From Centroscyllium fabricii (Eukaryota), in contig JBNRSN020000003.1 in the NCBI GenBank assembly GCA_051313645.2, forward strand, positions 323,268,001 through 323,332,000: DNA of 64,000 bases, read 5' to 3'. This document shows, piece by piece, positions 36,335-47,724 of the stretch. Made by a program: the position numbers and the translations under genes. The notes under the pieces are model-generated. The model was not told the DNA's origin. It ran no database searches and saw nothing but the letters and a program-made list of their open reading frames with translations. The number at the start of each line of letters is the position of its first letter. Within the stretch, counting starts at the first letter, position 1.

Positions 36335-38175
36335 TCAATTATCCCCTTCCTTCAGCATACGCCCGACCTCCGACCTGATAAACGTGCGATCCCCCACACT
36401 GTACCGCCGACTCTTTGTAGCAATAGGTTTGCACTTGGGGTCGAGGTTGGCGAACAGTGAGGGGGGGTCGATTTTCAGGGTGGAGAGGCCGCAGGCCGGG
36501 CTCCGCTTTGGGAAGGGACTGTCCCGGCTACTGACGGTGAGGGGGGGCAAGGTCCCGCCGAACTCCATTGTCACGCTCTTGAGGTGGCACTGGAAATCCA
36601 GACCTAGTAAGGCTGGGGCACACAACTGCTTGAGGGTGTACAATTTAAAATTACGGTACACGCAACCCTTGACCGTGAGCGTGACGGAGCAGTAGCCGGT
36701 GACCACCGCGGTGTGGGACTGTGAAGCCAGGGAGACTTGGTAGTTCGTGGGCAGGATCTGCAGTCCATAGCGCTGCGCTGTATCGGGGTGTATAAAACTC
36801 TCCGTGCTTCCAGTGTCAAACAGACAATTGGTAATATGGCCGTCAATTTTAATCGGCATGATTGAGTCAGAAAGGTTGTGTGGCCTAGCCTGGTCCACTT
36901 TAGGTATGGCTGAGGCCGAAGTGTGCCTTTGTGTGTGGGGGCCCCCTGCTGGTTGGGGCTGTACACAAAATGGCGGCGCCCCTGGCTCGCACATGGTGGG
37001 GCCCTGGAGACAAAATGGCGGCGCCGAGGGGTCGCACATGGCGGGCCGCTGGAGACAAGATGGCGGCGCCGAGGGGTCGCACATGGCGGGCCGCTGGAGA
37101 CAAGATGGCGGCGCCGGGGGGTCGCACATGGTGGGCCGCTGGAGACGAGATGGCAGCGCCCGTGGTTTGCACGTGGCGGGCTGCGGTGACTGGGTTGGCG
37201 GCGCCCGTGATTCGCATGCAGTGGGCCGCGCTGGGTCTGCCGCTGGCGTTGGGGGGTCGCGCTTGGCCGGCCTTTGCCGCATCAGGGTGGGAGATGGGGG
37301 CGCTTTCCTTCTACCCCCGGACCGTCGCTGGATCGCGCTGCTATTGCAGCTTACCTGAGGTCTGGCGGAGCTTTCACAGGCTGCGCTGTTGTACCTGGAG
37401 TTGGGCGCTGCTGGTGCTGATCTGCAGGTCTTCGCATAGTGTCCCTTTTTGGAGCACCTCTCACAGGTCGCGGTCCTTGCTGGGCAACTCGCTCGTGGGT
37501 GCAGTTCCTGGCCGCAGAAATAGCACCGTTTGTCCTTTGCGGCTGTCGCAGCCATCGTGGGGGTCTCGACCCGTTGTGGTGCTGCCCAGGCCTGGGCCCG
37601 TTGTGGCGCGGCCCACATGTCGTAGCCCTGCGGGTTTGTGCCGCTGTACGCCTGCAGCTTATTGCGTGCTCCTTCAACGGAGTTAGCTATGGAGATCGCC
37701 TCCTCAAGGGTCAAAGAGTCCTTTTCGAGCAGCCGCTGGCGGGCTTCCACGCACCTCAGGCCAGTTACATACACATCACGGATGAGGAGATTCGCCTCCT
37801 CTTCTGCTGTCCGGGCTTGGCAGCCACAGACCCGTACCAGGGCCTGGAGCGCTTGCTCAAATTGTTCATTAGTCTCACCCGGTAGTTATGGTCTGGTCAC
37901 GAGCACATGTCTGGCGTAGACCGAATGGACCAGGCGCTCGTAGCATTTCCTCAGCTTTTCCACTGCCCCGGGAAGGTTTTGGCATCTCGGATGAGGGAGA
38001 ATACTCGGCTGGATATCCTAGACTGGAGAACCTGCAATTTGTTCTCGTCGGTTGTAGCCTTGGCGGCGTCCATATAGGCCTCCAGGAGACCGAACCAGTG
38101 TTCGAACGTGGTGGCGGCGGCTGGGTCCTGTGGACTGATGTCCAGCTTCTCTGGCTTTACCGCACCGCTCTCCAT
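36335..38175 (-). pseudogene. gag: Gypsy Gag-protease, frameshifted, with an internal 45-bp tandem repeat
   Basis: CYFCG..H..CP, CERCSKKGHYAKTC and CLFDTGST; 15-aa repeat MCDPSAPPSCLQRPA. Confidence 0.9.
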
Positions 38176-39003
38176 TTCAAAATTTTTAAGTTAAGAAAAT
38201 TGACGTATCGTCAATTTGTCATAATAAAAGACTAGACGAGTAGTTACCGTAACTATAGGCTTTTATTAACTTACTTTGGAGCTACCCTCCGAACGAACAT
38301 CAGAACAGAATGAGGGAGCCCCGGTCAGTCCTCACCTATAAAGGCCTCACCTGGGGGAGGAGTTAGAGGTGTGGCTGACCTGGCTCCACGAGAGTGTTAC
38401 AAAGCGGTGTATCATACAAAGCCAATGTTGGCGACAATATTACAGTGGTAATCGTATATACAATATGGGTTACCACATGCCCCAAATGGCCCTTTCGAGT
38501 AATATTCTCTCCCTGCAGCACAAAAAAATCTTGCCGTCACAGTGCTTAAAATCTGGCGTTTTTTAAATATTGCAGTTACTAATGGATTTCTAATTCTATT
38601 GCAGTGCGGGTTTCACGGCTGCTAAGTTCAAGAAATAATGACAGTTAGAATAGGCTTTCTTTGATAGCCATCCTCACACATCATTTTACTCAAACCTTGT
38701 CAGACATGTCTGATGTGTTTGTCTCCGCATCCGCTCACCAGATACATTTCAGGACACATATGTAAAGGGAGCACTGACAATCCTGTTAGTGGGTAGATTA
38801 TTATGATTAATTGCATAGAGCAGTGTGCGGAGAGACATGGCAATGGATGGGTTGATACTTGTGTGGGAAACTGCTTTGGAGAGGGGCGGACAAGGGACAC
38901 CCACTCATCCTGGGTAAGCCAGTACATTTTTTTTTAACCTGAACTTTGATTTGAAATATTTCTCCTTTAACTCTTTTTATCATGCGTTTGCAAAATAGAG
39001 ATA

Positions 39004-39382
39004 CAGGTCCGACACCGTTAATCCGGAACCGGTGGGACCAGGCCGGTGCTGGACTAGTGAAAAATCCGAACGATTGAAGCTTTGGCGAGCGCATGCGCAG
39101 ACCATTCAAAATGGCCGCTGTGAAGGCCGGCAGCCATTTTGAATGGTCTGCGCATGCTCTCACCGAAGCATTAATCATTCGGGGAGAGGCCCGGGCATGC
39201 GCAGCCAAGCGCGGTGGCCATTTTGCGCATACGCAGACCAGTCTGGCAGTCGGGGTGAGGCCCGGGCATGTGCAACCAAGCGCGGCTACCATTTTGCGCA
39301 TGCGCAGACCAGGCAGCCGGATTCGTTCCGGACGACTGAAGTTTCCGGATTACTGGTGTCCGGATTAACGGTGCCGGACCTA
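39004..39382. mobile_element. Tc1/mariner (Tigger-like) MITE
   Basis: TIRs of about 24 bp (CAGGTCCGACACCGTTAATCCGGA), TA on both sides, internal palindromic repeats. Confidence 0.85.
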
Positions 39383-39568
39383 TATAAAGAAAGCAGTTCA
39401 ATTAAAGATTTTAAGGAGCCGAATAAAGGAAATTGCTGATGGAGATATCTTTTTACTCTTTGGTTCTTTGTATGATTAAGAAGTCACAGGCTGGATTTGG
39501 GGGTTGGAGGTTCCCTCAGGCCGGTTTTTCGGGTCTGAAATGGGCGCCACGCATGGAGCACGCAACGA

Positions 39569-39938
39569 AGGGCTGCCGACTCTGGTTGGATGTATTCCTG
39601 GAGGTTTCATCACATGACCTCCTGCCTCCAAATGCCCCTCCCACCATTGGTCGCCCGACACGTCCACCCTCACGGCACCCCCATCTTCCCACAGCCAATC
39701 GGAAAACGAATAGACTCTGCATTACCCGATTGGATGATTCTTGACTGTCGGTCAAACAGACTTTTCTCCCCCATCTCCACTTTTATTACTAATAAGCAAA
39801 AGTGGTCAAAGAAAAATGGAAAAAAAAACACCATTACTTTTAACACTCCGATTGTTTTTCTCCCTGGGTGTTGCACCCAGCAGTGTCCTGGAGATTAATC
39901 TTCAATTCCTGGAGACTCCTGGAGGGTTGGCAACCCCT
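39569..39938. mobile_element. hAT-like (Blackjack-type TIR) MITE
   Basis: AGGGCTGCC...TGGCAACCCCT termini; related partial copy at about 59424-59701. Confidence 0.6.
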
Positions 39939-40321
39939 GCACGCACCACAAATGAGTGGCCCCAGGCTGGCCCGAAATTGGGCTTAGGGCCTCCTTATTT
40001 GGGAGAGCTGCCAGCCACCTGTTGGGACTCCACAGGCAGCTCACCCATTTTAAATAGGTAAGTCCCAGGAAAATGGGTGGAGCGGCAATGGGAAGGTGGA
40101 GGTGGGGGGGGGGGAGGTCGGGTGTGCGATCGGTATACTGTGGTATCGGATGGGTGGGGGAGGCATTCCTGCTCTCTCTGGCTCCAGAGGAACGTTTCAA
40201 CTAATTTTTGTTTTAAAACAAACTTTTAAGTGGCTGTTGAAGAATCCTGAGCAGACACCAGACTCCTGCACCTGTTTCTGATTCTGATCTTGCTTCTGAT
40301 CATTCTCTTGCTCCTGTTCTT

Positions 40322-40625
40322 TTTTTAAATTCATTCACAGGATGTGGATGTCACTGGCAAGGCCAGCATTTATTGCCCATCCCTAATTGCCCTTGAGAAG
40401 GTGGTAGTGAGTTGTCTTCTTGAACTGCTGCAGTCTGTGTGGTGAAGGTACTCCTACAGTGCTGTTAGATAGGAAGTTCCAGGATTTTGATCCAGCGACG
40501 ATGAAGGAACGGCGATATACCCTGTACTTCTAAGTCAGGATGATGTGTAACTTTGAGGGGAACTCACAGGTGATGGTGTTTTCATGTGCCTGCTGTCCTT
40601 GTCCTTCTAGATGGTAGAGTTCACG
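40322..40625 (-). mobile_element. 3' fragment of a CR1-group LINE
   Basis: Minus strand reads as an ORF end (GLQQFKKTTHYHLLKGN*), then GGGCAATAAATGCTGGCCTTGCCAG..(TGAA) and an A-rich tail. Confidence 0.65.
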
Positions 40626-40635
40626 GTTCTGGGAG

Positions 40636-40735
40636 GTTCTGATCCTGTTCCTGATCCTGTTCCTGCTCCTACACCTACTCCTACTCCCACTCCTACTCCT
40701 GATCCCGCTCCTGCTCCTGATTCTGATCTTGTACC
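40636..40735 (+). repeat. Degenerate hexamer microsatellite (TCCTGC/TCCTAC/TCCTGA)n; also at about 40260-40320 and 47550-47572
   Basis: Read directly; it produces the spurious PAPTPT and RSRS ORFs. Confidence 0.8.
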
Positions 40736-40911
40736 TGTGATATCTTGGGACACAACATATATATACAACTGCAAAACATGGCTTTTGGTAAGAACTGTAC
40801 TGCCCATGTGCTTTATTATTACATATATCAGTAGTCACCAGGTGGTGCTATTACACTTCTCACTCCTTATTGAAGAAGTTAATCACAGCAAATAATCATT
40901 GTACATGACTT

Positions 40912-41283
40912 GGGACGACACGGTGGCGCAGTGGTTAGCACTGCTGCCTCGCAATAAGGAGCTCCTGGGTTCAAATCCTGCTTGGCCCGGGACCTCTCTG
41001 CGTGGAGTTCGCATGGTCTCCCCGTGTTCGTGTGGTTTTCCTCTGGGTACTCCGGTTTCCTCCCATCACCCAAAGACATGCAGGTTAGGTGAATTGGAGA
41101 TACTAAAAAAAAAAAAAAATTGCCCATGAGTATGTGTGAGATATAGTTCTTAGATTTGGGGGTGTCGGGGCATATGGGGAGAGGGTAGGAGAGGGGTGCT
41201 GGGTTTGGATGATCAGCCACGATCTCATCAAAAATGGCGGAGCAGGCTCGAAGGGCCGAATGGCCTACTTCTGTGTTTCTGTG
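40912..41283 (+). mobile_element. HE1-like V-SINE variant
   Basis: tRNA head, V domain and CR1 tail; sister copy at 46758-47137. Confidence 0.85.
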
Positions 41284-42469
41284 CATGGTCTGCACAACTC
41301 TTGGTATACATTTCTGAAATGGAACCCATTTTATGTTTCCAAATTCTACTATAGAATTCTGTAACACAAACAAAAGATATGAACTTATTTTCCATCTTTA
41401 CAAATTAAACTTTACCCCTGGTTTTCTGTTTCGAAGAGGTTGTCTTCTTTCTTGAACAGAACTTTCAGATCTTGTTGCAGGACTTTGACTGATTCTAGGC
41501 TGAGCCTGCAGAGAATTTTTCTCCAAGGGCTGACCGTAATCTACATTTGGACTGTTTGTCTGCCTGACTTTCTCTTGGACTTGTTTCTGGTACGTCTGAT
41601 GTAGCATTTGCTACTGGTACTCTACTTGACTCATCAGAATAAATTGAATCGTCCCAGCTTTCAACACCTTGCACATCTGTAGGTAAGATATGATCAATGT
41701 GAACACACCCAACCTTTCCATGATCAAACATCTTGACCAAATATGCATGAGGGCCACATATCTTCATTAGTCTTCCTGGTAGCCACTTTAACCATTTATG
41801 GTGATGGTTCTTTACTCTAAATTTCTGGTTCAACTTCACACTTCTCTCTCTAACTCTACCTTTATCATGACTCTTTTTCTGCCTTGATTGTTTCTCTTCT
41901 ACTGACTGTGCCAAGTTTGGCTTTAACAACGAGAACCTGGTTCGTGGCTGTCATTTGAGAAACATCTCTGCTGATTTTCTACTATAAGTGGTATGAGGAG
42001 TATTCCGATAGGTAATCAGAAAATTTGCCAGTTTGTGGTCCAATGACAACTGACGTTTCTTTGGATTTGAATCCAACATCTGCTTGATGAGGGCACGTTT
42101 GACAATTTGTACTGTGCGCTCTGCTGCACCATTTGAAGCAGGGTGGTATGGTGGAACTTTGGTACGTTTCACACCGTTTTTGCTCATGAACTGTGTGAAC
42201 TCTTCTGAACAATATTGCAGCCCATTATCAGACACAATTTCTTCTGGGAGGCCATATGAAGAAAGCAATCTTTGCAAATTGTTTAGTGTTTTGCTTGTTG
42301 TTATTATCCGCATCGGAAACACCTCTACCCAGTTTGAGTGACTATCTATCACTATGAACAATTGCTGTCCTTCTAGCTCAGCAAAATCTGCATGTAACAT
42401 TTGTCACACTCTGGGAGGCCATTTCCTTGGCTGTAATGGTACTGATGGTGGTTCACCGATTGACATATT

Positions 42470-43233
42470 GGGCCAGAAATCCCGATGAGCGCAGGAGGTT
42501 TTGGAGCCGGGTATTAGCGCATCCGAGCTCCGAATTGCAGGGAGCAGCCGTTTCCAGCTGCTACCTGCAATTCCGAAGGCGTCCAGCGGGGGGTCGCGAG
42601 CTGCTGCGAGCTGGATTGCGTTCGCCTACGTACCAGGAGGCGCGCAGTGCACTTCCGATTTTTTTGCGAATTTTGTTATCGGGGTAAGTATTGAAGATTT
42701 TACACTTAAAAATATCAGACGTAAGCACCCATTTTTAGCAGGTAAGTCTTTATTTTATAGAATTTAATTATTGTTTTTCCAGGTTTTTAATTTTTTTTAA
42801 CTTTAAAGACAGGTAAGCATTCTTTTACGCCAGTTAAAGACTTTAATTTTTTTTCTAAATTTTTATTTTTTCTTTAAAATAGGCAATTTATGTTAGTTAG
42901 AGTATTGTTAAAAAATTTGGTGTTTATTAAATTTTATTTTTGTGTTTAGATGTGTTTTTGAAGCTCTTCCTTTTAAAAACTTACACAAATTTCTCCGTGT
43001 AAGTTATGAATGGAGGATTGCTTCCATTGATTGGCTCCCTGCAGATCACGTGGTCACATGCAATATCTTGCGCTAATTACGCCGTTGAGTTGCACCAGCA
43101 GGTCGCTTAGAGCTTTCAGAAGCTGTACAACTCGGGAGTTCACATCGTAGAATTGCAAAACAGCAAAAGTGCAGGGTAAATGTACCTTGGAGCCTTGCAC
43201 TTGCACAAAGGCTCCAAGGCTAATTTCTGGGCC
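42470..43233. mobile_element. Harbinger-type MITE in the integrase HHCC region
   Basis: TIR GGGCCAGAAAT / ATTTCTGGGCC; 3-bp TSD ATT. Confidence 0.82.
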
Positions 43234-44560
43234 ATTAACTATGTACTCTATCTCTTTATCTAAACCTGGCCACCATAAGTAACTGCGTGCAAAACTCTTG
43301 GTCATGCACAATCCCAGGGGCCGGTGATGAAGATCTCCTAACAATTTGGACCTGGCAGCTCATCAACGTATGAGATATAGAACATTTCTTCCCTGTTGGG
43401 TGTAACTTGTGATGGGGACCTGGCAACCTGGACATAGCATCAGCAATACTGTGATCAGCTGCTCGTCTATGCTCAATGTTATATGTATACGCTGACAAAA
43501 TCAAAGCCCATCTCTGCATTCGGGCTGCAGCCAAGTTTGGCACTGGGAATTTTGGATGGAGGATTGCTGTCAGGGGCTTATGGTCAGTAACTGCGGCAAA
43601 CTTACGACCAAACAAGTATTTGTGAAACTCCTCGACCCCAAATTTTAATGACAAAGCTTCCCTTTCGATCTGCGCATAATTCCACTCACTCCCCCTGAGA
43701 GTGCTTGAAGCAAAAACAGTTGGTCCCTCCTCCCCACTGTCTAGTTCATGAGAGATCACTGCCCCAACTCCGTATGGAGAGGCGTCACATGCTAACTTGA
43801 TCACCTCAGATACATCATAGTGAACTAACATGGTAATCTCTACTAACTGGCTTTTACACTCTTTGAATGCTGTGTCACATTCTTTTGACCACTTCCAAGG
43901 GACCTGTTTTCTCAACAGCTCATTCAGTGGATGTAACAATGTAGCCAAGTTTAGGAGGAACTTTCTGTAATAATTCAATAGACCCAAAAATGATGGAAGT
44001 TCAGAGACATTCTTGGGAGTGGGTGCATTTCTGATTGCATCCAGCTTTCCCTTGGTTGGATGTAAAGTATTTTATCTACTCACACTTGTGAGCTGTCACT
44101 TGTACTCCGTGCTTCTCCAGCACTTCATTCAATATCTCATCATGGATTTGTCTGTTTGGTGCTGAAAAGAGTATGTCATCCAAATAACACACTACCCCTT
44201 CAATCCCTTGCAAAATTTTGTTCATCACCCCTTGGAATATGTCAGGGACTGAAGGCACTCCAAATGGTAGCCGATTGAACTGATATAGGCCTCGGTGAGT
44301 AGTTATAGTCAAGCATGACTTGGACTCTTCATCGAACTCAAGTTGTAGGTAGGCGTTTATTAGATCTAACTTTGAAAAGATCTGGCCACCTGTGAGCTTG
44401 TGAACCAATCTTCCATATTTGGCAACATATTGGGTAGATTACACGCTAGAACCTGGTTTACGGTTACTTTATAATCACCACACAACCTTAACTTACCATC
44501 TGACTTAGGTACAAAAACAATGGGTGTAGCCCAATTACTCCGATCTACCTTAGAGATAAT

Positions 44561-45475
44561 GGAGGGGATATTCCTGGTGGTACGGGAACCTGGCGGGGAT
44601 TGGTTGGGGCGGGTTCCTGTCCCCCCCGCCCAAGGACCTGGGATGCCCGCACGATTTTGCCTCAAGTGGCCAATCAAATCCCCGTCGGTCAGCGCCGTTT
44701 TGAATACACACTTTTGAGTCAGGAAGCGTGGGACTTCCTTTCACATTGTGAATGACCGGCCGGCTTTTGATTGACAGGCCTGAAGAGTTTCAGTAGCCAG
44801 AAACCACAAAGCCTGACTGACAGTTCTGAAGTGGTTCCTTTCTTTCAATGTTGATAGAGGCATTGTGATGTCACAATCCAATGCAAATATTGAAACCACA
44901 AATCTAACAGTTCAAGTGGACTGACTGTTTGTTTGTAGTTTCACTGGAATGTAAACAGAAACTGATCCCCTGGGTGATTGACAACTTGCTTCTCAGACAC
45001 AGCTCGCAGCACGATGTCTGTGAATGGCTGGCATTTAAAGGTAAGTGATTTCTATTTTTTGGGGCTCTGAAATTTCCCACCCTTGGGTGCCAGCTGTACC
45101 TCCAGCATGGTGGATGCTAGCAAGCTACTGTGTGGTTACTGTGCCCATGCCTTGAAGGTGGCAGTCACCCAGCCGATTGGGTGCCCGCCAGCTTTCAACG
45201 GCAGGGTTCCCACCAGGCAGGTTTTGGGTGGGAAGAGGGTCAAAATAGCTGAGAGCCCTTAAAATAGGATTACCCAGGCAATTAAGGGCCCTCAACGAGC
45301 TCATTGAGCATCCCCGCCGGTGGCCGGCGGGAAACATTCGGGGCGGGAAAACCCGCCCAAGGAAACTGGCAAATCGGCGGGGATCCAGCGGGGTGGGTTC
45401 CTGCCCACCAGATTTGCAATTTTACACCCTGCCCTGCCGGAAACCCACACTCAGGGACCTCGGAAAATCCCCCCC
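44561..45475. mobile_element. Harbinger-type MITE in RT
   Basis: TIR GGAGGGGATATTCC / GGAAAATCCCCCCC; TSD AAT; removing it rejoins LETENI|ISKVDRSNW. Confidence 0.85.
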
Positions 45476-46757
45476 AATGTTCTCAGTTTCTAGTCTTTTG
45501 AGTTCTTGCTCAACTTTCTCCTTGAGTGCGTATGGTATGGGACGTGGCTTGCAGTAAACTGGTCTTGTGTCCTTCTGCACTCTGACACTCGCCTTGAATT
45601 GTTGGATCGGACTGCCTGTTTCGCTGAACACCTTCAGATACTGCTTGACGACATCATCCTTTGATGCAAATTTCGCTTACACATGAAAAATCTCATTCCA
45701 ACCCAGCTTCAGTGATCCTAACCAATTTCTATCTATCAAGGCAGGCTTGTCTCCTGCCACTACTATGTGAGACAAGCGATCCTTGTATTTCACTGGTATG
45801 GTGACACTTCCTACTACAGGGATTTGCTCTCTTGAGTAGCCTCGCAGCTCTACCTTTGATTTCTCTAGTCGATAATCACACAACTTGTCGCGATATAGCG
45901 ATTCCAGTACTATGCTCATGGAAGTGTCGATTTCCGTGGGTATCCTGGTTCCTGCGACATTTACTTGGATGACAATACCTCGCGAATCGCTGTTCGATAC
46001 CTTCGTGTTCCTGATGATGTAAATCTCCAGAAACTCCTCGTCCTGCTGCTGCTCTATAACGGTACGTGGTGTCTGGCGATTCCTACTTCTAGCATTGCCA
46101 GTCGATTTACTCTTCTGTCGGCACGCTGTCGCAAGATGCCCAGTTTTCTTGGAGTTGAAACACTCTGCCTTCGCATATGGACAGCTTTGAGCGATGTGTT
46201 GTCTCAGGCACCAATAGCACGACTTCAGTGCACTGTTACCTTGGCCAGTTGCTGAGTCCTTAGGGCCCAACTGCCTTTTAGTTTTAGCCTGCAGTCGATT
46301 CACCTCGGTTGTCTGACGACTGGAAATGGCGCAAAACTCTCGGGAATATCGTTCGGCCATATCCATCAACATAGCTCTCTGACAAACTAAGTCAAAAGTC
46401 AAGTTAGGGGTTGACAACAATTTACTTCTGATACATTCATTTTTCAACCCACAAACAAAGCGGTCACGCAAAGCTCGGTCCTGAAAGTTTCCGAAATGAC
46501 AGTGAATGGATAGTTTTTTAAAGCTACAATGTACACACTGATACCCTCGTCATTTAATTGATTGCGTGTTCTAAAACGATAACTTTCAGCAATTTCCAGG
46601 GGCTCAGGACTGTAGTGCAGAATCTCCTTCAGTGGCATGTCCTTCGGCTTGGTGGGAACAAGCACATTTTTCAGGGTTTCGTACATCTCGGGGCCTGCTT
46701 CAGTCAAACAAAAGCCCATTTCCTTTCCAAAACTGCCCAGTTATGGTTTACATCATC

Positions 46758-47137
46758 AGGGATGACACGGTGGCGCAGTGGTTAGCATTGCTGCCTCGCA
46801 ATAAGGAGCTCCTGGGTTCTAATCCTGCTTGGCCCGGGACCTCTCTGCGTGGAGTTTGCATGTTCTCCCCGTGTTCATGTGGGTTTCCTCTGGGTACTCC
46901 GGTTTCCTCCCACCACCCAAAGACATGCAGGTTAGGTGAATTGGAGATACTAAAAAAAAAATTGCCCATGAGTATGTGTGTGAGATATAGTTCTTAGAGT
47001 TGGGGGTGTCGGGGATATGGGGAGAGGGTAGGAGGGGGGGGCTGGGTTTGGATGATCAGCCATGATCTCATCAAAATGGTGGAGCAGGCTCGAAGGGCCA
47101 AATGGCCTACTCCTGCTCCTATCTTCTGTGTTTCTGT
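46758..47137 (+). mobile_element. HE1-like V-SINE variant inserted in gag
   Basis: Near-identical to 40912-41283. Confidence 0.85.
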
Positions 47138-47411
47138 GGACTTTGACAATACTATTTACGGTGAAAAACATTTCTAGCTGCTCCACATATGCTCCGAAAG
47201 TCTCTCGGTCACGATCAAACTCACCCAAGCACTTTATTATTCCCCTAGACCTGGCCTTCTGGATTCTGGCAACGTCGACAGTTCCACCACGCGTGCTTGA
47301 AGTTACCTCAGATTCTTAAGTTTTTTCTGCAAAACAAAGATTCTCTAACAGTCCCTCTGTCGGTTGGCAGGATTATCTGCCAACAAAAATTTCAGCCAGG
47401 GAATTGACAAA

Positions 47412-47427
47412 CCCATCCTCGTCACCA
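47412..47427 (-). promoter_or_regulatory. tRNA primer-binding site, probably tRNA-Ser(GCU)
   Basis: TGGTGACGAGGATGGG 4 nt after the 5' LTR, complementary with one mismatch to the vertebrate tRNA-Ser(GCU) 3' end CCCAUCCUCGUCGCCA (recalled, not searched). Confidence 0.75.
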
Positions 47428-47724
47428 ATTCTGTGACATCTTGGAACACAGCATATATATACAACTGCACAACATGACAAGAACTGTTCTGCCCATGTAC
47501 TTTATTATTATATATATCAGCAGTCAGCAGGTGGTGATATTACAGTGCTGTACCTGCTCCTGCTCCTGCTCCGCATTGTCCAGTTTGGTATAAACGAGCC
47601 TAAAACAGGCGATAGGCCCCTCAGGTACATATGTAAGGGGCCTGCTTTAAGCGGTTCCAGGGACATCTGAAAAATGGTTGGACCCAATATCGGGTCGAAT
47701 GGCTTTCAAGCCTCATTGGAATAA

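Larger units (their letters stand above)
33718..38477 (-). mobile_element. Full-length Gypsy/Ty3 LTR retrotransposon
   Basis: 277-bp LTRs at 33718-33994 and 38201-38477 (3 mismatches seen), TSD TGCCC, PPT AAGAAGGGGTGAA. Confidence 0.97.
33136..38570. mobile_element. Probable Harbinger-type non-autonomous element (about 33136-33717 + 38478-38570) split by a Gypsy insertion
   Basis: GC-rich subterminal GCGCC motifs like the right end of the Harbinger at about 6 kb; ends not well defined. Confidence 0.4.
40736..47544 (-). mobile_element. Older Gypsy LTR retrotransposon with short LTRs, tRNA-primed, with four nested insertions
   Basis: Diverged LTRs of about 115-120 bp at 40736-40855 and 47432-47544; PPT AAGGAGTGAGAAG. 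Fragments of gag (RDRFVCGL), RT (WATPIV, LRLCGDYKVTVN, YLDDIL), RH (LACDASPYG) and IN (VSDNG, HPASNGAAER). Confidence 0.93.

Noticed and set aside
36384-37919. Long antisense ORFs over the Gypsy gag, also over pol at 34-36 kb and 60-62 kb
   Set aside because: Expected shadow ORFs of GC-rich coding sequence and tandem repeats; no recognisable motifs.
40530-40895. RS-rich or PT-rich protein ORFs
   Set aside because: Translations of a hexamer microsatellite running into an LTR.
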